Source: an uncultured Bacteroidota bacterium (GTDB lineage: Bacteria; Bacteroidota; Bacteroidia; Bacteroidales; WCHB1-69). From it: 61,903 nt of DNA. Both the position numbers and the translations under genes were made by a program. The notes under the pieces are model-generated. The model was not told the DNA's origin and did no database searches. It saw only the letters and a list, made by a program, of their open reading frames with translations. This document shows, piece after piece, positions 8,140-16,192 of this stretch (position 1 is its first letter; every line of letters starts with the position of its first letter). The DNA is taken from contig CACXUB010000002.1 of assembly GCA_902770735.1 (NCBI GenBank), positions 1-61,903 of the forward strand. Direction: 5' to 3'.

Positions 8140-10482
8140 TTATTCTTTCTTCAGGGCTTCTGCGGGGTTTGTTTTCGCGGCGCGGAGGGTCTGCCAGAGG
8201 ACAGAGCCGATGGCGATGACGAACGACAGCAACACCGTCACTACGAAGATCCAGGGATGCAGATCAATGCGGTAAACGAAGTCCTCCAAATAACGTCCGC
8301 ACAGCCACACGGCCAAGGGAATCGCTATCACGTTGGCTATCAGTATCATGATGACATACTCATTCAGATTGCGGCGGGTTTCGCTCTCCAAGGTGCCGCC
8401 AAACACCTTGCGGATGGCGATGCTCTTTTCGCGTTCGGAGGCAAAATGGGTGCTCATGGCCACCAGACCCAGCAACGACAACAGCACCGAAATGCCCATA
8501 ATCAGCTCGATGAGGCGCATCTGCCGCTTTGTCTTGTTATATTTCGAGGCAACAACATTCTTCAGGAAATCGTTGTATTCCGGCTCCATATAGGTGCCTA
8601 ACACCTTCTCGCAGTGCTTTTTGTAAACCGCATCAATGGCACGTTTGGCATCCTGGTGGTCGCCCACGATTTCCAACAACGGATGAGCACTTCCCACAAA
8701 AATAGGATTGTCACTGCAAAAGACAATAGTAAAGTCCTCGTCGGCTGCATGCAGGGCATCCAACATGTTGAAATCTTTGATGACACCGCACACATCATTA
8801 CCGATATTGCCCTGCTTCCAGGCAAAAATCGTGTCGTAGTTATAGACTCCGCGTGGCAACCCCGTCATGCCGGCCACGGTACTTTCCGTCATCCAAAAAC
8901 TCGTTGCCTCCGGTTCATGAAACTGTTCAATCACTTGAAAACCCATCATGCGGAAGGCCGCCGAGTCGCAATGAAACGAAGCGACCCTTGTGTCTTTTTC
9001 TGTCTCGCCCATTTTATTCATTAGTAAATGCGTTGTTGGAACGCCCGGAACATTCTCGGTAAAAGCCAATTCCTTCACACAAGGCAAACTGCGGAGCTCG
9101 TCGATGAAAGCTGTCTTTTCAGGAATAACATCCAACTTGGAACTGATAAAATAGAGGTTGTCCGTCTGCTGACCGACAGGGCGATTCACCATGTGCCGCA
9201 TCTGCAACTGCATCGTAATCACCAAGGCTATCAGCACAATGGAGATGACGTTTTGGATTACCATGAAGATCCGCGACAACTCTTTGCGTGAACGGAAGCG
9301 GAAGGTGCCTTTCACCACATCAATGGGCTTGGTCTGTGACACAATGACCGCAGGCAAAATACCAGCCAGCAGCGACACCACCGCCACCATCATCAGATAG
9401 GCAAGGAGATAACCCGTCGTGAACGGAATGCGCACCGCCACATTTGCCCTCAACAAATCGTTGACAAAAGGCACGATTGCATCGGCTAACAGCAAACCGA
9501 CGACAAAGCAGCAGAGGGTGAACAGGAACGATTCGGCCAGAAAACGTCCGATGACAGCCGACTTCTGCGCTCCAAGCAATCGCCTCGACGCCATCTCCTT
9601 CGCACGTTTTCCTACAAGCGCCACATTCAGGTTGATATAGTTGATGAGGGCGGAAAGCAGCAGCAGCAGCCCGACCACAACCACGTTGCGGAGCATCGAC
9701 CTGTCACCTTGTTGCAAACGGCATTTTGTGTCGCTGAAAAAGATTTCATCCAGCCGTATCATAGCGACGCCTTCCTTGTAAAAAACGGTAAACAAATCAC
9801 CATAAGTCTTCTTGCAAAGTGCAGTCACTTTTTCAGCCAAAAGCACACGGTCGGCATTCGGCACCACCTTCATGAAAGTATGGATAGAATTTTGATAATA
9901 AAGCGGGTTTTCTCTGAACACAGCCATGCACTTGCAGGTTTCAATGTGGCCAATGATATCGGCATCATACAACAAAGAACTACCCAAATCGGAGAACACG
10001 CCTACCACCGTCAGCGTGTCTTCATCTGCAACCACCTGTTTGCCAACCACTTCCCCTCCCATTTTGGAGGCCAACTTTTCCGAAATGAAGGCGACATGGG
10101 CTTTGGTAAGATTGTCGGGACCACCTTCCTTGAACTGGACGGGAAATACGTTGAAGAACTCTCGGTCGCAGAACAAGCAATTGCCAACACACGACACGTC
10201 TTCCGCCCTAAGAAGCTGGTCGTTTTGGAAATAGAAATGGGTCACGCATTCCACTTCGGGAAGTTTGTCGCCAATGATTTCCTTCATGCCGTAAGGATTG
10301 GTCATATTTTCGCTGCCCACGGCATATATCCGCTCGCGGTCTGGGTTCTCACGCGGCACGGCATATTGCTGCATCACGTAGCAGAAGCTGATGATGACAA
10401 ACGCTAAGGCAACACTGAGCCCCACCACTTCGATGGCGGTGTAGAGTTTGTTTCTGCTGAGGAATTTGAGGTAACTTTTCAT
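8140..10482 (-). CDS. ABC transporter permease, double FtsX/MacB-type (paralog 3)
   Basis: ORF 8140..10614 trimmed to MKSYLKFLSRNKLYTAIEVVGL (ATG 10480-10482). The longer ORF would overlap the upstream paralog. Confidence 0.85.
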   Translation of the reverse strand: MKSYLKFLSRNKLYTAIEVVGLSVALAFVIISFCYVMQQYAVPRENPDRERIYAVGSENMTNPYGMKEIIGDKLPEVECVTHFYFQNDQLLRAEDVSCVGNCLFCDREFFNVFPVQFKEGGPDNLTKAHVAFISEKLASKMGGEVVGKQVVADEDTLTVVGVFSDLGSSLLYDADIIGHIETCKCMAVFRENPLYYQNSIHTFMKVVPNADRVLLAEKVTALCKKTYGDLFTVFYKEGVAMIRLDEIFFSDTKCRLQQGDRSMLRNVVVVGLLLLLSALINYINLNVALVGKRAKEMASRRLLGAQKSAVIGRFLAESFLFTLCCFVVGLLLADAIVPFVNDLLRANVAVRIPFTTGYLLAYLMMVAVVSLLAGILPAVIVSQTKPIDVVKGTFRFRSRKELSRIFMVIQNVISIVLIALVITMQLQMRHMVNRPVGQQTDNLYFISSKLDVIPEKTAFIDELRSLPCVKELAFTENVPGVPTTHLLMNKMGETEKDTRVASFHCDSAAFRMMGFQVIEQFHEPEATSFWMTESTVAGMTGLPRGVYNYDTIFAWKQGNIGNDVCGVIKDFNMLDALHAADEDFTIVFCSDNPIFVGSAHPLLEIVGDHQDAKRAIDAVYKKHCEKVLGTYMEPEYNDFLKNVVASKYNKTKRQMRLIELIMGISVLLSLLGLVAMSTHFASEREKSIAIRKVFGGTLESETRRNLNEYVIMILIANVIAIPLAVWLCGRYLEDFVYRIDLHPWIFVVTVLLSFVIAIGSVLWQTLRAAKTNPAEALKKE

Positions 10483-10499
10483 ATATCTTTCGGTTATAA

Positions 10500-12848
10500 T
10501 TACTCTTTCTTCAACGCCTCGGCGGGGTTCGTCCTCGCGGCACGGAGCGTTTGCCACAACACCGAGAGGAAGGCCAGCAGCATGGTGACCACAACCGCCA
10601 CGACAATGACCCAACCGTAATGCTCAATGCGGTAGGCGAAACGTTCCAAGTATTTGCCGCTAAGCCAGACAGCAATTGGAGTACCGATGATGGCCGCGAT
10701 TCCGACGAGCATCATATAACCTTTCACCGTGCGCCACAGCTCGCGCCGCACATCGCTGCCGAAAGCCTTGCGGATGGCGATGCCCTGGGTGTTCTCGCCA
10801 CTGTAGTAGGTGCTCATGGCGATGAGACCAAGCAACGATAGCAGCACTGATAATCCCATGAAAATCTCCAACAACCGTACGGTACGTTTGGCAGGCTCCA
10901 ACGACTTAAGATTCAGGTCGTCCACATAACCGCAATCGTCCTGTCCCGCAAAGGGTTCCCCATCCTTTTCCGCCCACTGCTGGCACTGTTTCAGGATGAT
11001 CTTCCGGACCTCCGAATGGTCGCCGATGGTTCTGACAAATAGATCGCTTGCCCATGCCAACTTCCGGGTTTCCTGTACCAGTACACCCACGTTCTGGTTG
11101 CTTAAGCCATCCGGAGAGGCCGCGCTCTCCCCCGGGAAATCTTTAAGCATTCCGCCGATGTAGTCGGCATCCTGATTCATCATGATTGCAAGTTTTTTCG
11201 GCATAGTAACCGATGTGTCAGAAGCTCCGCTTTTGTCAAAGGCGTGTTCACCAAGCCAGAGGGAATTAGCAAGTGGATGGCCGAAATCCTTCACCACCTC
11301 GAAACCTAACATGCGAAAATAGGCACTGTCACCGATGAGCAACTTCAAGATAAAATCTTCCTCGTCCAAACGTATGCCGACAGAATAAGCCGCGCTTCCG
11401 GGAAATCCTCGCCCTATGCCAACCTCTTTGACACAAGGCAGTTGCGCTATTTCATCGGCCAAAGTAGCCAAATGAGACACAGGATACCAGATCCCGCTTA
11501 TGTAGAACAAGTCTTTCGTGTTCGCATGGACAGGCCGCTTGATCATGTGCCACATCTGCACTTCCATTACGATGGCAATGGCTATCAGTATAACAGACAA
11601 GACGTTTTGGAAGATAATGAAGATTTTGCTGAGCCACATCTTGCTGTGATGGCGAAATGTACCTCGCACCACGTCAATGGGTTCGTAATACGAAGCATAC
11701 AGTGCGGGTAACCATCCCGAGAGCGTTCCCATCAGCAAGATTCCGCTCAGATACGCGACTATATAAGTCGGTTTCATCATCAACTGCAATTGAATGTCGC
11801 TTTCCGGTGTTGAGCTGGCCAGCAGCCAATTCATCACAGGCACAAGCGTGTGAGCCAACAAAAAGGCAAAACCGAAACATACTGCCGTGAACAACACAGA
11901 TTCGGTAATAAGTTTGCCCATGACGGAGAGCTTCTGTGCCCCCAAAAGTCTGCGGGTAGCCATCTCCTTGGCGCGTTTACCCACCAAGGCCATATTGAGG
12001 TTGACGTAGTTGATGAGTGCCGACAGAAGGAGAAGGAACACCACCGCTGACAATATCCGTATGCTGCTGAGGTTGCCGCTGCGTAATACATAATCGTTCT
12101 CAGTGCGGAAGAACATCTCCTTGAAACTGAATATTTTATGTTCTTTATTGATCCACGATCCATAGTTTTGACGGCATACTTTAAGTATTTGTGCCTTGAA
12201 ATCTTCTTCGTTGGTGTTTTCCATCCTGCGAATAAAGGTCTTCGTGCCGTCCAGGCTGTGGAAAGGTTCGCGCCCAGCCCACCATTTCTCATTCACCGGA
12301 ATCAATACATCAATGTGGGCAACCAAGGTGTTTTCCGGACCATCCATAATGCCGCAAATGATGTATTCCTCCTCCTCTCCTTCTATGACGAAACGTTGTC
12401 CTATAAGGTCGCCCTTTTTCTCCAGACTGTTCGCGAAACTCCGGCTGACAATGGCGTTATGGGTGCCGTCGAACGGGATGGCTGTGCCCTCCACAAGGCT
12501 AAACTGGGGAAAGATCTTGAAGAACTCCGCATCCACCTGACGAACTTCCGCTTCATAGTTTTTTTTGTGGTAAGAAATCTCGTCGGTGGCATAGCCAAAG
12601 CGAGCTATAGCCTCGATTCCAGGCACTTGCGCTTCGATGGAGGACTTATCCCACACTGAAAGTCCCAAGTTAGAGGTGGTTCCGAGGCCGTAAATGCGGT
12701 CATGGCCAGGTTGCTGATACACGACGGCCAGATTTTGCGTCACGTAACTACCGATTAGGATGACGAAGGCGAGGCTCACGACGAGTCCTACCGCCTCCAC
12801 GGCGGTGTAGAGTTTGTTGCGACTGAGGAATTTAAGGTAGCTCTTCAT
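10500..12848 (-). CDS. ABC transporter permease, double FtsX/MacB-type (paralog 4)
   Basis: ORF 10500..12881 trimmed to MKSYLKFLSRNKLYTAVEAVGL (ATG 12846-12848). The extension MARLYRQ.. is read out of a palindromic repeat. Confidence 0.85.
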   Translation of the reverse strand: MKSYLKFLSRNKLYTAVEAVGLVVSLAFVILIGSYVTQNLAVVYQQPGHDRIYGLGTTSNLGLSVWDKSSIEAQVPGIEAIARFGYATDEISYHKKNYEAEVRQVDAEFFKIFPQFSLVEGTAIPFDGTHNAIVSRSFANSLEKKGDLIGQRFVIEGEEEEYIICGIMDGPENTLVAHIDVLIPVNEKWWAGREPFHSLDGTKTFIRRMENTNEEDFKAQILKVCRQNYGSWINKEHKIFSFKEMFFRTENDYVLRSGNLSSIRILSAVVFLLLLSALINYVNLNMALVGKRAKEMATRRLLGAQKLSVMGKLITESVLFTAVCFGFAFLLAHTLVPVMNWLLASSTPESDIQLQLMMKPTYIVAYLSGILLMGTLSGWLPALYASYYEPIDVVRGTFRHHSKMWLSKIFIIFQNVLSVILIAIAIVMEVQMWHMIKRPVHANTKDLFYISGIWYPVSHLATLADEIAQLPCVKEVGIGRGFPGSAAYSVGIRLDEEDFILKLLIGDSAYFRMLGFEVVKDFGHPLANSLWLGEHAFDKSGASDTSVTMPKKLAIMMNQDADYIGGMLKDFPGESAASPDGLSNQNVGVLVQETRKLAWASDLFVRTIGDHSEVRKIILKQCQQWAEKDGEPFAGQDDCGYVDDLNLKSLEPAKRTVRLLEIFMGLSVLLSLLGLIAMSTYYSGENTQGIAIRKAFGSDVRRELWRTVKGYMMLVGIAAIIGTPIAVWLSGKYLERFAYRIEHYGWVIVVAVVVTMLLAFLSVLWQTLRAARTNPAEALKKE
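10627..10721. repeat. 95-bp tract identical to 5006-5100
   Basis: See the partner entry. Confidence 0.9.
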
Positions 12849-12866
12849 AATCTTTCGGTTTTGTCT

Positions 12867-12894
12867 GTAGAGACGCGCCATGGCACGTCTCTAC
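12867..12894. repeat. 28-bp palindrome GTAGAGACG-cgccatggca-CGTCTCTAC
   Basis: 13/14 arm pairs. Lies in the predicted 5' leader of permease 4. Confidence 0.85.
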
Positions 12895-12903
12895 ATCCTT
12901 CAT

Positions 12904-12920
12904 TATCATTTTCCGTGCCA
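12904..12920 (-). promoter_or_regulatory. Weaker candidate sigma-54 promoter for the permease block
   Basis: Minus strand reads TGGCACGgaaaaTGATa. The -24 is perfect and the -12 is poor (GA instead of GC). Flanking architecture is the same as at 17575-17683. Confidence 0.3.
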
Positions 12921-12972
12921 AAATCATAAACCACTGGTTGTCAATTCTCTAAATATCTAACAAAAGGGCCGC

Positions 12973-13011
12973 TGTAAAGATTTCTTACAGCAGGTGTAAG
13001 GTTTCTTTACA
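12973..13011. promoter_or_regulatory. Tandem 17-bp palindromes (putative enhancer/UAS sites), second copy
   Basis: TGTAAagatttcTTACA (12973-12989) and TGTAAggtttctTTACA (12995-13011). Centres are 22 bp apart. The proximal centre is 61 bp from the -24 T. A shared box CTGGTTGT lies at 12934-12941 and 17605-17612. Confidence 0.45.
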
Positions 13012-13093
13012 GGTATCATCATTTTATTAAAAGTCATCATTAAAACTTTCATAATGGCAAAGATATTATTTTTGGTAGAAATAAGTATGATTG

Positions 13094-13173
13094 ACGGAAA
13101 AGTGTATTATTTCATGCGATTGTTTTTCGGAAAAGTGTATTTTTGCAGACTTGAATTTAACGGAAAAGTGTAT
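13094..13173 (+). repeat. Three direct copies of CGGAAAAGTGTAT (spacing 34 and 33 bp)
   Basis: Copies at 13094-13106, 13128-13140 and 13161-13173. The middle copy carries the -7 box and the last overlaps the ATG. Confidence 0.85.
13138..13145 (+). promoter_or_regulatory. -7 box (TATTTTTG) for the AAA_14/DUF4143 ATPase
   Basis: GGAAAAGTGTATTTTTGCAG has the same extended GTGTATTTTTGC core as the tRNA promoters. It is the middle copy of a triple repeat. Confidence 0.5.
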
Positions 13174-14521
13174 GTTAAAAAGGAAGATTCAAAAGGAAAT
13201 CGCTGATTATCTTGATAATGGGTCTGATAAGATACTGGTTCTTGATGGAGCTCGTCAGATAGGGAAGTCTTTTATCATTCGGTATGAAGGGCAAAAACGT
13301 TTCAAGAACTATATTGAAATTGATTTGTATGAAGACAAGAATGGTGAAAAGATCTTTGAAGGTACGAGAAACAAAGAAGATTTTTACCTTCGACTCAGCA
13401 CTGTTGCCGGCGACCGTATGGGGCAAAAAGAGAACACGTTGGTGTTTTTGGACGAGATACAGGCCTATCCCGATATGCTCACCCTCTTGAAGTTCCTGCG
13501 ACAAGACGACAGATTCACCTATATCGTCAGCGGTTCTCAATTAGGAATTGCCCTTAACGAAACGCTCTCCAAGCCCGGCGGGAAAATCAAGGTTGTGAAC
13601 ATGTTCCAGCTTGATTTCGAGGAATTTTTGTGGGCCAACAACGTAGGAGAAGAGTTTGTCGAACATGCACACCAGTGTTTTTTGAAAAAAGTAGCCTTGG
13701 ACGAACCACTCCACAACCGAATGATGGATTTGTTCAAGAAATATTTGTTGGTGGGAGGATTACCCGATGCCGTGAACAAGTTCGTTGAAACACACAACAT
13801 CGTTGAAGTGAGGGCGGCTCAAAAGGAGGTGTATGATCTGTATAAGGGCGATGCAAGTCAATATGACAAAGAACGCAAACTGGTTATTGAGCGGGTGTAC
13901 GAATTGGTGCCTTCTTATCTTGAAAACAAGAAGAAACGGGTTCATTTCAACCAAATAGAGAACAAGAAACAGGCACGGGCTTGGCAATATCAGGCTGAAT
14001 TCGAGTATCTTGTAAAGAGCGGTATCTGTCACGAAGTAAAAGCGATTTCCAATCCAAGGTTCCCTCTTGTGGAATCAGAGAGCAAGAATTTGCTGAAACT
14101 GTATCTGAATGATGTGGGACTGTTAACCCGACTGCTTTATCAATACAGCATAGCAGCCATTATGGACGATGTGAAGAGCGTAAACCTGGGTTCCGTGTAT
14201 GAATCGGTGGTCTGCAGCGAACTTGTTGCGCACGGCTTCCCGTTGTTCTATTACGACAACAAAAAGAAAGGCGAGATTGAGTTTCTTGTGAACGATTATG
14301 ATCTGCTTTCGGTTCTTCCCATCGAAGTGAAATCGGGGAAAAACTACAATGAGCACGCTTCGTTGGATGCCTTTGTTGCCACTCCCGACTACCACATCGA
14401 ACAAGCTTTTGTAATGTCGAACGAGCGCGAAGTCAAGCAAAACGGGAAGGTGACTTATCTTCCGATATACTACGTCATGTTTTTCATTCCGTCAACCCCA
14501 CCGACGGAAGTTCTGCTGTAA
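13172..14521 (+). CDS. AAA_14 / DUF4143-type ATPase with a PD-(D/E)XK-like C-terminal motif
   Basis: Track ORF starts at a TTG inside the promoter. Trimmed to MLKRKIQKEIADYL (ATG 13172). Walker A GARQIGKSF, Walker B LVFLDEIQ, C-terminal GEIEFLV..LPIEVKSGKNY. Lower GC. Confidence 0.75.
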   Translation: MLKRKIQKEIADYLDNGSDKILVLDGARQIGKSFIIRYEGQKRFKNYIEIDLYEDKNGEKIFEGTRNKEDFYLRLSTVAGDRMGQKENTLVFLDEIQAYPDMLTLLKFLRQDDRFTYIVSGSQLGIALNETLSKPGGKIKVVNMFQLDFEEFLWANNVGEEFVEHAHQCFLKKVALDEPLHNRMMDLFKKYLLVGGLPDAVNKFVETHNIVEVRAAQKEVYDLYKGDASQYDKERKLVIERVYELVPSYLENKKKRVHFNQIENKKQARAWQYQAEFEYLVKSGICHEVKAISNPRFPLVESESKNLLKLYLNDVGLLTRLLYQYSIAAIMDDVKSVNLGSVYESVVCSELVAHGFPLFYYDNKKKGEIEFLVNDYDLLSVLPIEVKSGKNYNEHASLDAFVATPDYHIEQAFVMSNEREVKQNGKVTYLPIYYVMFFIPSTPPTEVLL

Positions 14522-14531
14522 TTCGCTCTTT

Positions 14532-14609
14532 CGCCAAACAAGTTCCTTGGCGCAATCCCATAAAAAAATCGAGATTGCGCCAGAATTCTACCACAAGGTT
14601 GGCGCAATC
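14532..14609. repeat. Alternating-orientation copies of TTGGCGCAATC
   Basis: CGCCAA 14532-37 (rev, partial), TTGGCGCAATC 14547-57 (fwd), GATTGCGCCA 14573-82 (rev), TTGGCGCAATC 14599-609 (fwd). Confidence 0.85.
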
Positions 14610-14654
14610 TCATATTTACGAAAACCAAAGCGTTGTCCATAACCAACAGTTTAT

Positions 14655-14696
14655 ACACAAAAATGTTGCCTATAGACAACACTTTTGTGTTTTTTC
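14655..14696 (+). terminator. Intrinsic terminator of the AAA_14/DUF4143 ATPase gene
   Basis: 14-bp stem ACACAAAAATGTTG / CAACACTTTTGTGT (1 mismatch), 8-nt loop, T5-6 tail. Confidence 0.7.
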
Positions 14697-14732
14697 GAAT
14701 TCTATTCTAAGAAAGCATATACTATCCCCATC

Positions 14733-14763
14733 ATTCATAATTCATAATTCTTAATTCTTAATT
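14733..14763 (-). repeat. 31-bp heptad element (gene strand AAT TAAGAAT TAAGAAT TATGAAT TATGAAT)
   Basis: Identical to 16162-16192. Contains the last codons (IKN) and the TAA stop of hlyD. Confidence 0.9.
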
Positions 14764-16013
14764 TCCAACACCTCCGCCTCCCCATACCCGTCATACGACG
14801 ACGTGATCACCCTCTCCCCGGGCTCCAACCCCTCTAAAACCTCGTAGTACTGCGGGTTCTGGCGACCGATGCGGATGTCGCGCTTCACGGCTTTGGTGCC
14901 GTCCTTCGTGACGACGTAGATCCACTTGCCACCGGTCTTCTGGTAGAAGGCGCCGCGCGGGATGAGCACCGCCTCCACCGGCTGACCGAGCTGCAGGTTC
15001 AGGTAGAACGTCTGACCGTTGCGGATGTGCTCCGGCTGGCCGTCCGCGAATTTGAAGTCGGCCTTGAACTTGCCGTCGCGAACTTCGGGATAGACCTTGC
15101 GTATCAGCACGTTGCACTTGCCGCCCTGCCGCTCGAAGTCGGCCTCCAACCCCGCTGTCACCCGGTCGATGTAGTGCTCGTCAATCTGAGCTTCGATCTT
15201 GTAGTTGTCCTGATTGTTGATCTGTCCGACCTTGCTGCCCATCGCGACAGACTGTCCGAGCTCCACATCGACGAGGCCCAGCTCGCCGTCAATCGGGGCT
15301 TTGATGGTGAGATTCTCCTTGCGTTTGCGTATCATCTGCATGTTAAGCCGCATATTCTCCAGGCTTTCGCGCATCTGCCGGATCTCCACCGACCGGTAGA
15401 GGCTGTCCTGCGTGGCACGGTTCTCCACCAGTCTGAGACGGTCTTGGGCCAGTTGGTAATCCTCTTCGGCCTGCAAAAACGCCTCCTTGGCGATAAGATT
15501 GTCCTGATAGAGAGACTTTTGCGCCTCGTAGGTGCGTTTCTTGCGGCGCACCTCCATCTGCAGCTGCAACTTTTCCTGCTGCAGGGTCAGCTTCTGCTGC
15601 TCCATCTGGATCATCGTGTTGCGGAGGATGTTCTCCTTTTCGGCCAGGTCGGCCTCGGCGTTGAGGATCTGCATGTCGAGACTCTCATTGCTGAGGATCA
15701 GGATGACGTCGCCTTCGCGTACGTGCGCGCCCTCCTCCGCGACGATTGCCTGCACCACGCCGCCCTCCAACGGGCTGAGCTGCACGGTGGTCATCGGCAC
15801 CACGCGCCCGCTGATGCGGATGTAGTCGTTGAACTCGCCGCAGCGCACCTCGCTGACGGTGATTGCTTCTCCGCCCACACGCAGCTTCCTGGCGTCGTCG
15901 CGCAGTGCCAGCCACCCGATGAAGACGAGCAGCAGTGCCCCGCCCCAGTAGGGCAGCGCCTTGCGGGTGAAAAGTTTGCGGATTCCTTTTTTTTGCTCTA
16001 TCGCTCTATCCAT
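14751..16013 (-). CDS. HlyD-family periplasmic adaptor (membrane fusion protein)
   Basis: Trimmed to MDRAIEQKKGIRK (ATG 16011-16013). One N-terminal TM helix, long coiled-coil (..QQKLTLQQEKLQLQMEVRRKK..), beta-barrel C-terminus. Confidence 0.85.
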   Translation of the reverse strand: MDRAIEQKKGIRKLFTRKALPYWGGALLLVFIGWLALRDDARKLRVGGEAITVSEVRCGEFNDYIRISGRVVPMTTVQLSPLEGGVVQAIVAEEGAHVREGDVILILSNESLDMQILNAEADLAEKENILRNTMIQMEQQKLTLQQEKLQLQMEVRRKKRTYEAQKSLYQDNLIAKEAFLQAEEDYQLAQDRLRLVENRATQDSLYRSVEIRQMRESLENMRLNMQMIRKRKENLTIKAPIDGELGLVDVELGQSVAMGSKVGQINNQDNYKIEAQIDEHYIDRVTAGLEADFERQGGKCNVLIRKVYPEVRDGKFKADFKFADGQPEHIRNGQTFYLNLQLGQPVEAVLIPRGAFYQKTGGKWIYVVTKDGTKAVKRDIRIGRQNPQYYEVLEGLEPGERVITSSYDGYGEAEVLEIKN

Positions 16014-16031
16014 AGCTTTTGTTTTTGACTG

Positions 16032-16086
16032 CCCCACACTGCACTTCGCTTGTGTGGGGTTATTAAGATATCGTGCCTCCGGCACG
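16032..16086. repeat. Two GC hairpins in the tolC-hlyD spacer
   Basis: CCCCACAC-12 nt-GTGTGGGG (16032-16059) and CGTGCC-tcc-GGCACG (16072-16086). Confidence 0.7.
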
Positions 16087-16161
16087 CCCTGTGAGCTGAA
16101 ACATCTTCTCTGTAACGAGGTGTCAAATCTTAAAAAACAACACTGGGAAGTGTCGGCTCCT

Positions 16162-16192
16162 ATTCATAATTCATAATTCTTAATTCTTAATT
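16162..16192 (-). repeat. 31-bp heptad element, second identical copy
   Basis: Contains the last codons (IKN) and the TAA stop of tolC, in the same register as the hlyD copy (offset 1429 bp). Confidence 0.9.

Noticed and set aside
10483-10614. Upstream extensions of permease ORFs (8140..10614, 10500..12881, 4879..7269) and of the ABC ATPase, HlyD and TolC ORFs
   Set aside because: The extensions overlap the preceding gene or read through palindromic or direct repeats (MARLYRQ.., ..RRDVARNVST.., ..GERSELWA..GERSEPWE..). Conserved N-termini or signal peptides start at internal ATGs.
13091-13171. TTG-initiated 27-codon extension of the AAA_14 ATPase (MTEKCIISCDCFSEKC..)
   Set aside because: The repetitive TEKC/SEKC peptide is simply the triple CGGAAAAGTGTAT repeat read in frame. 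The extension contains the gene's own -7 promoter box.
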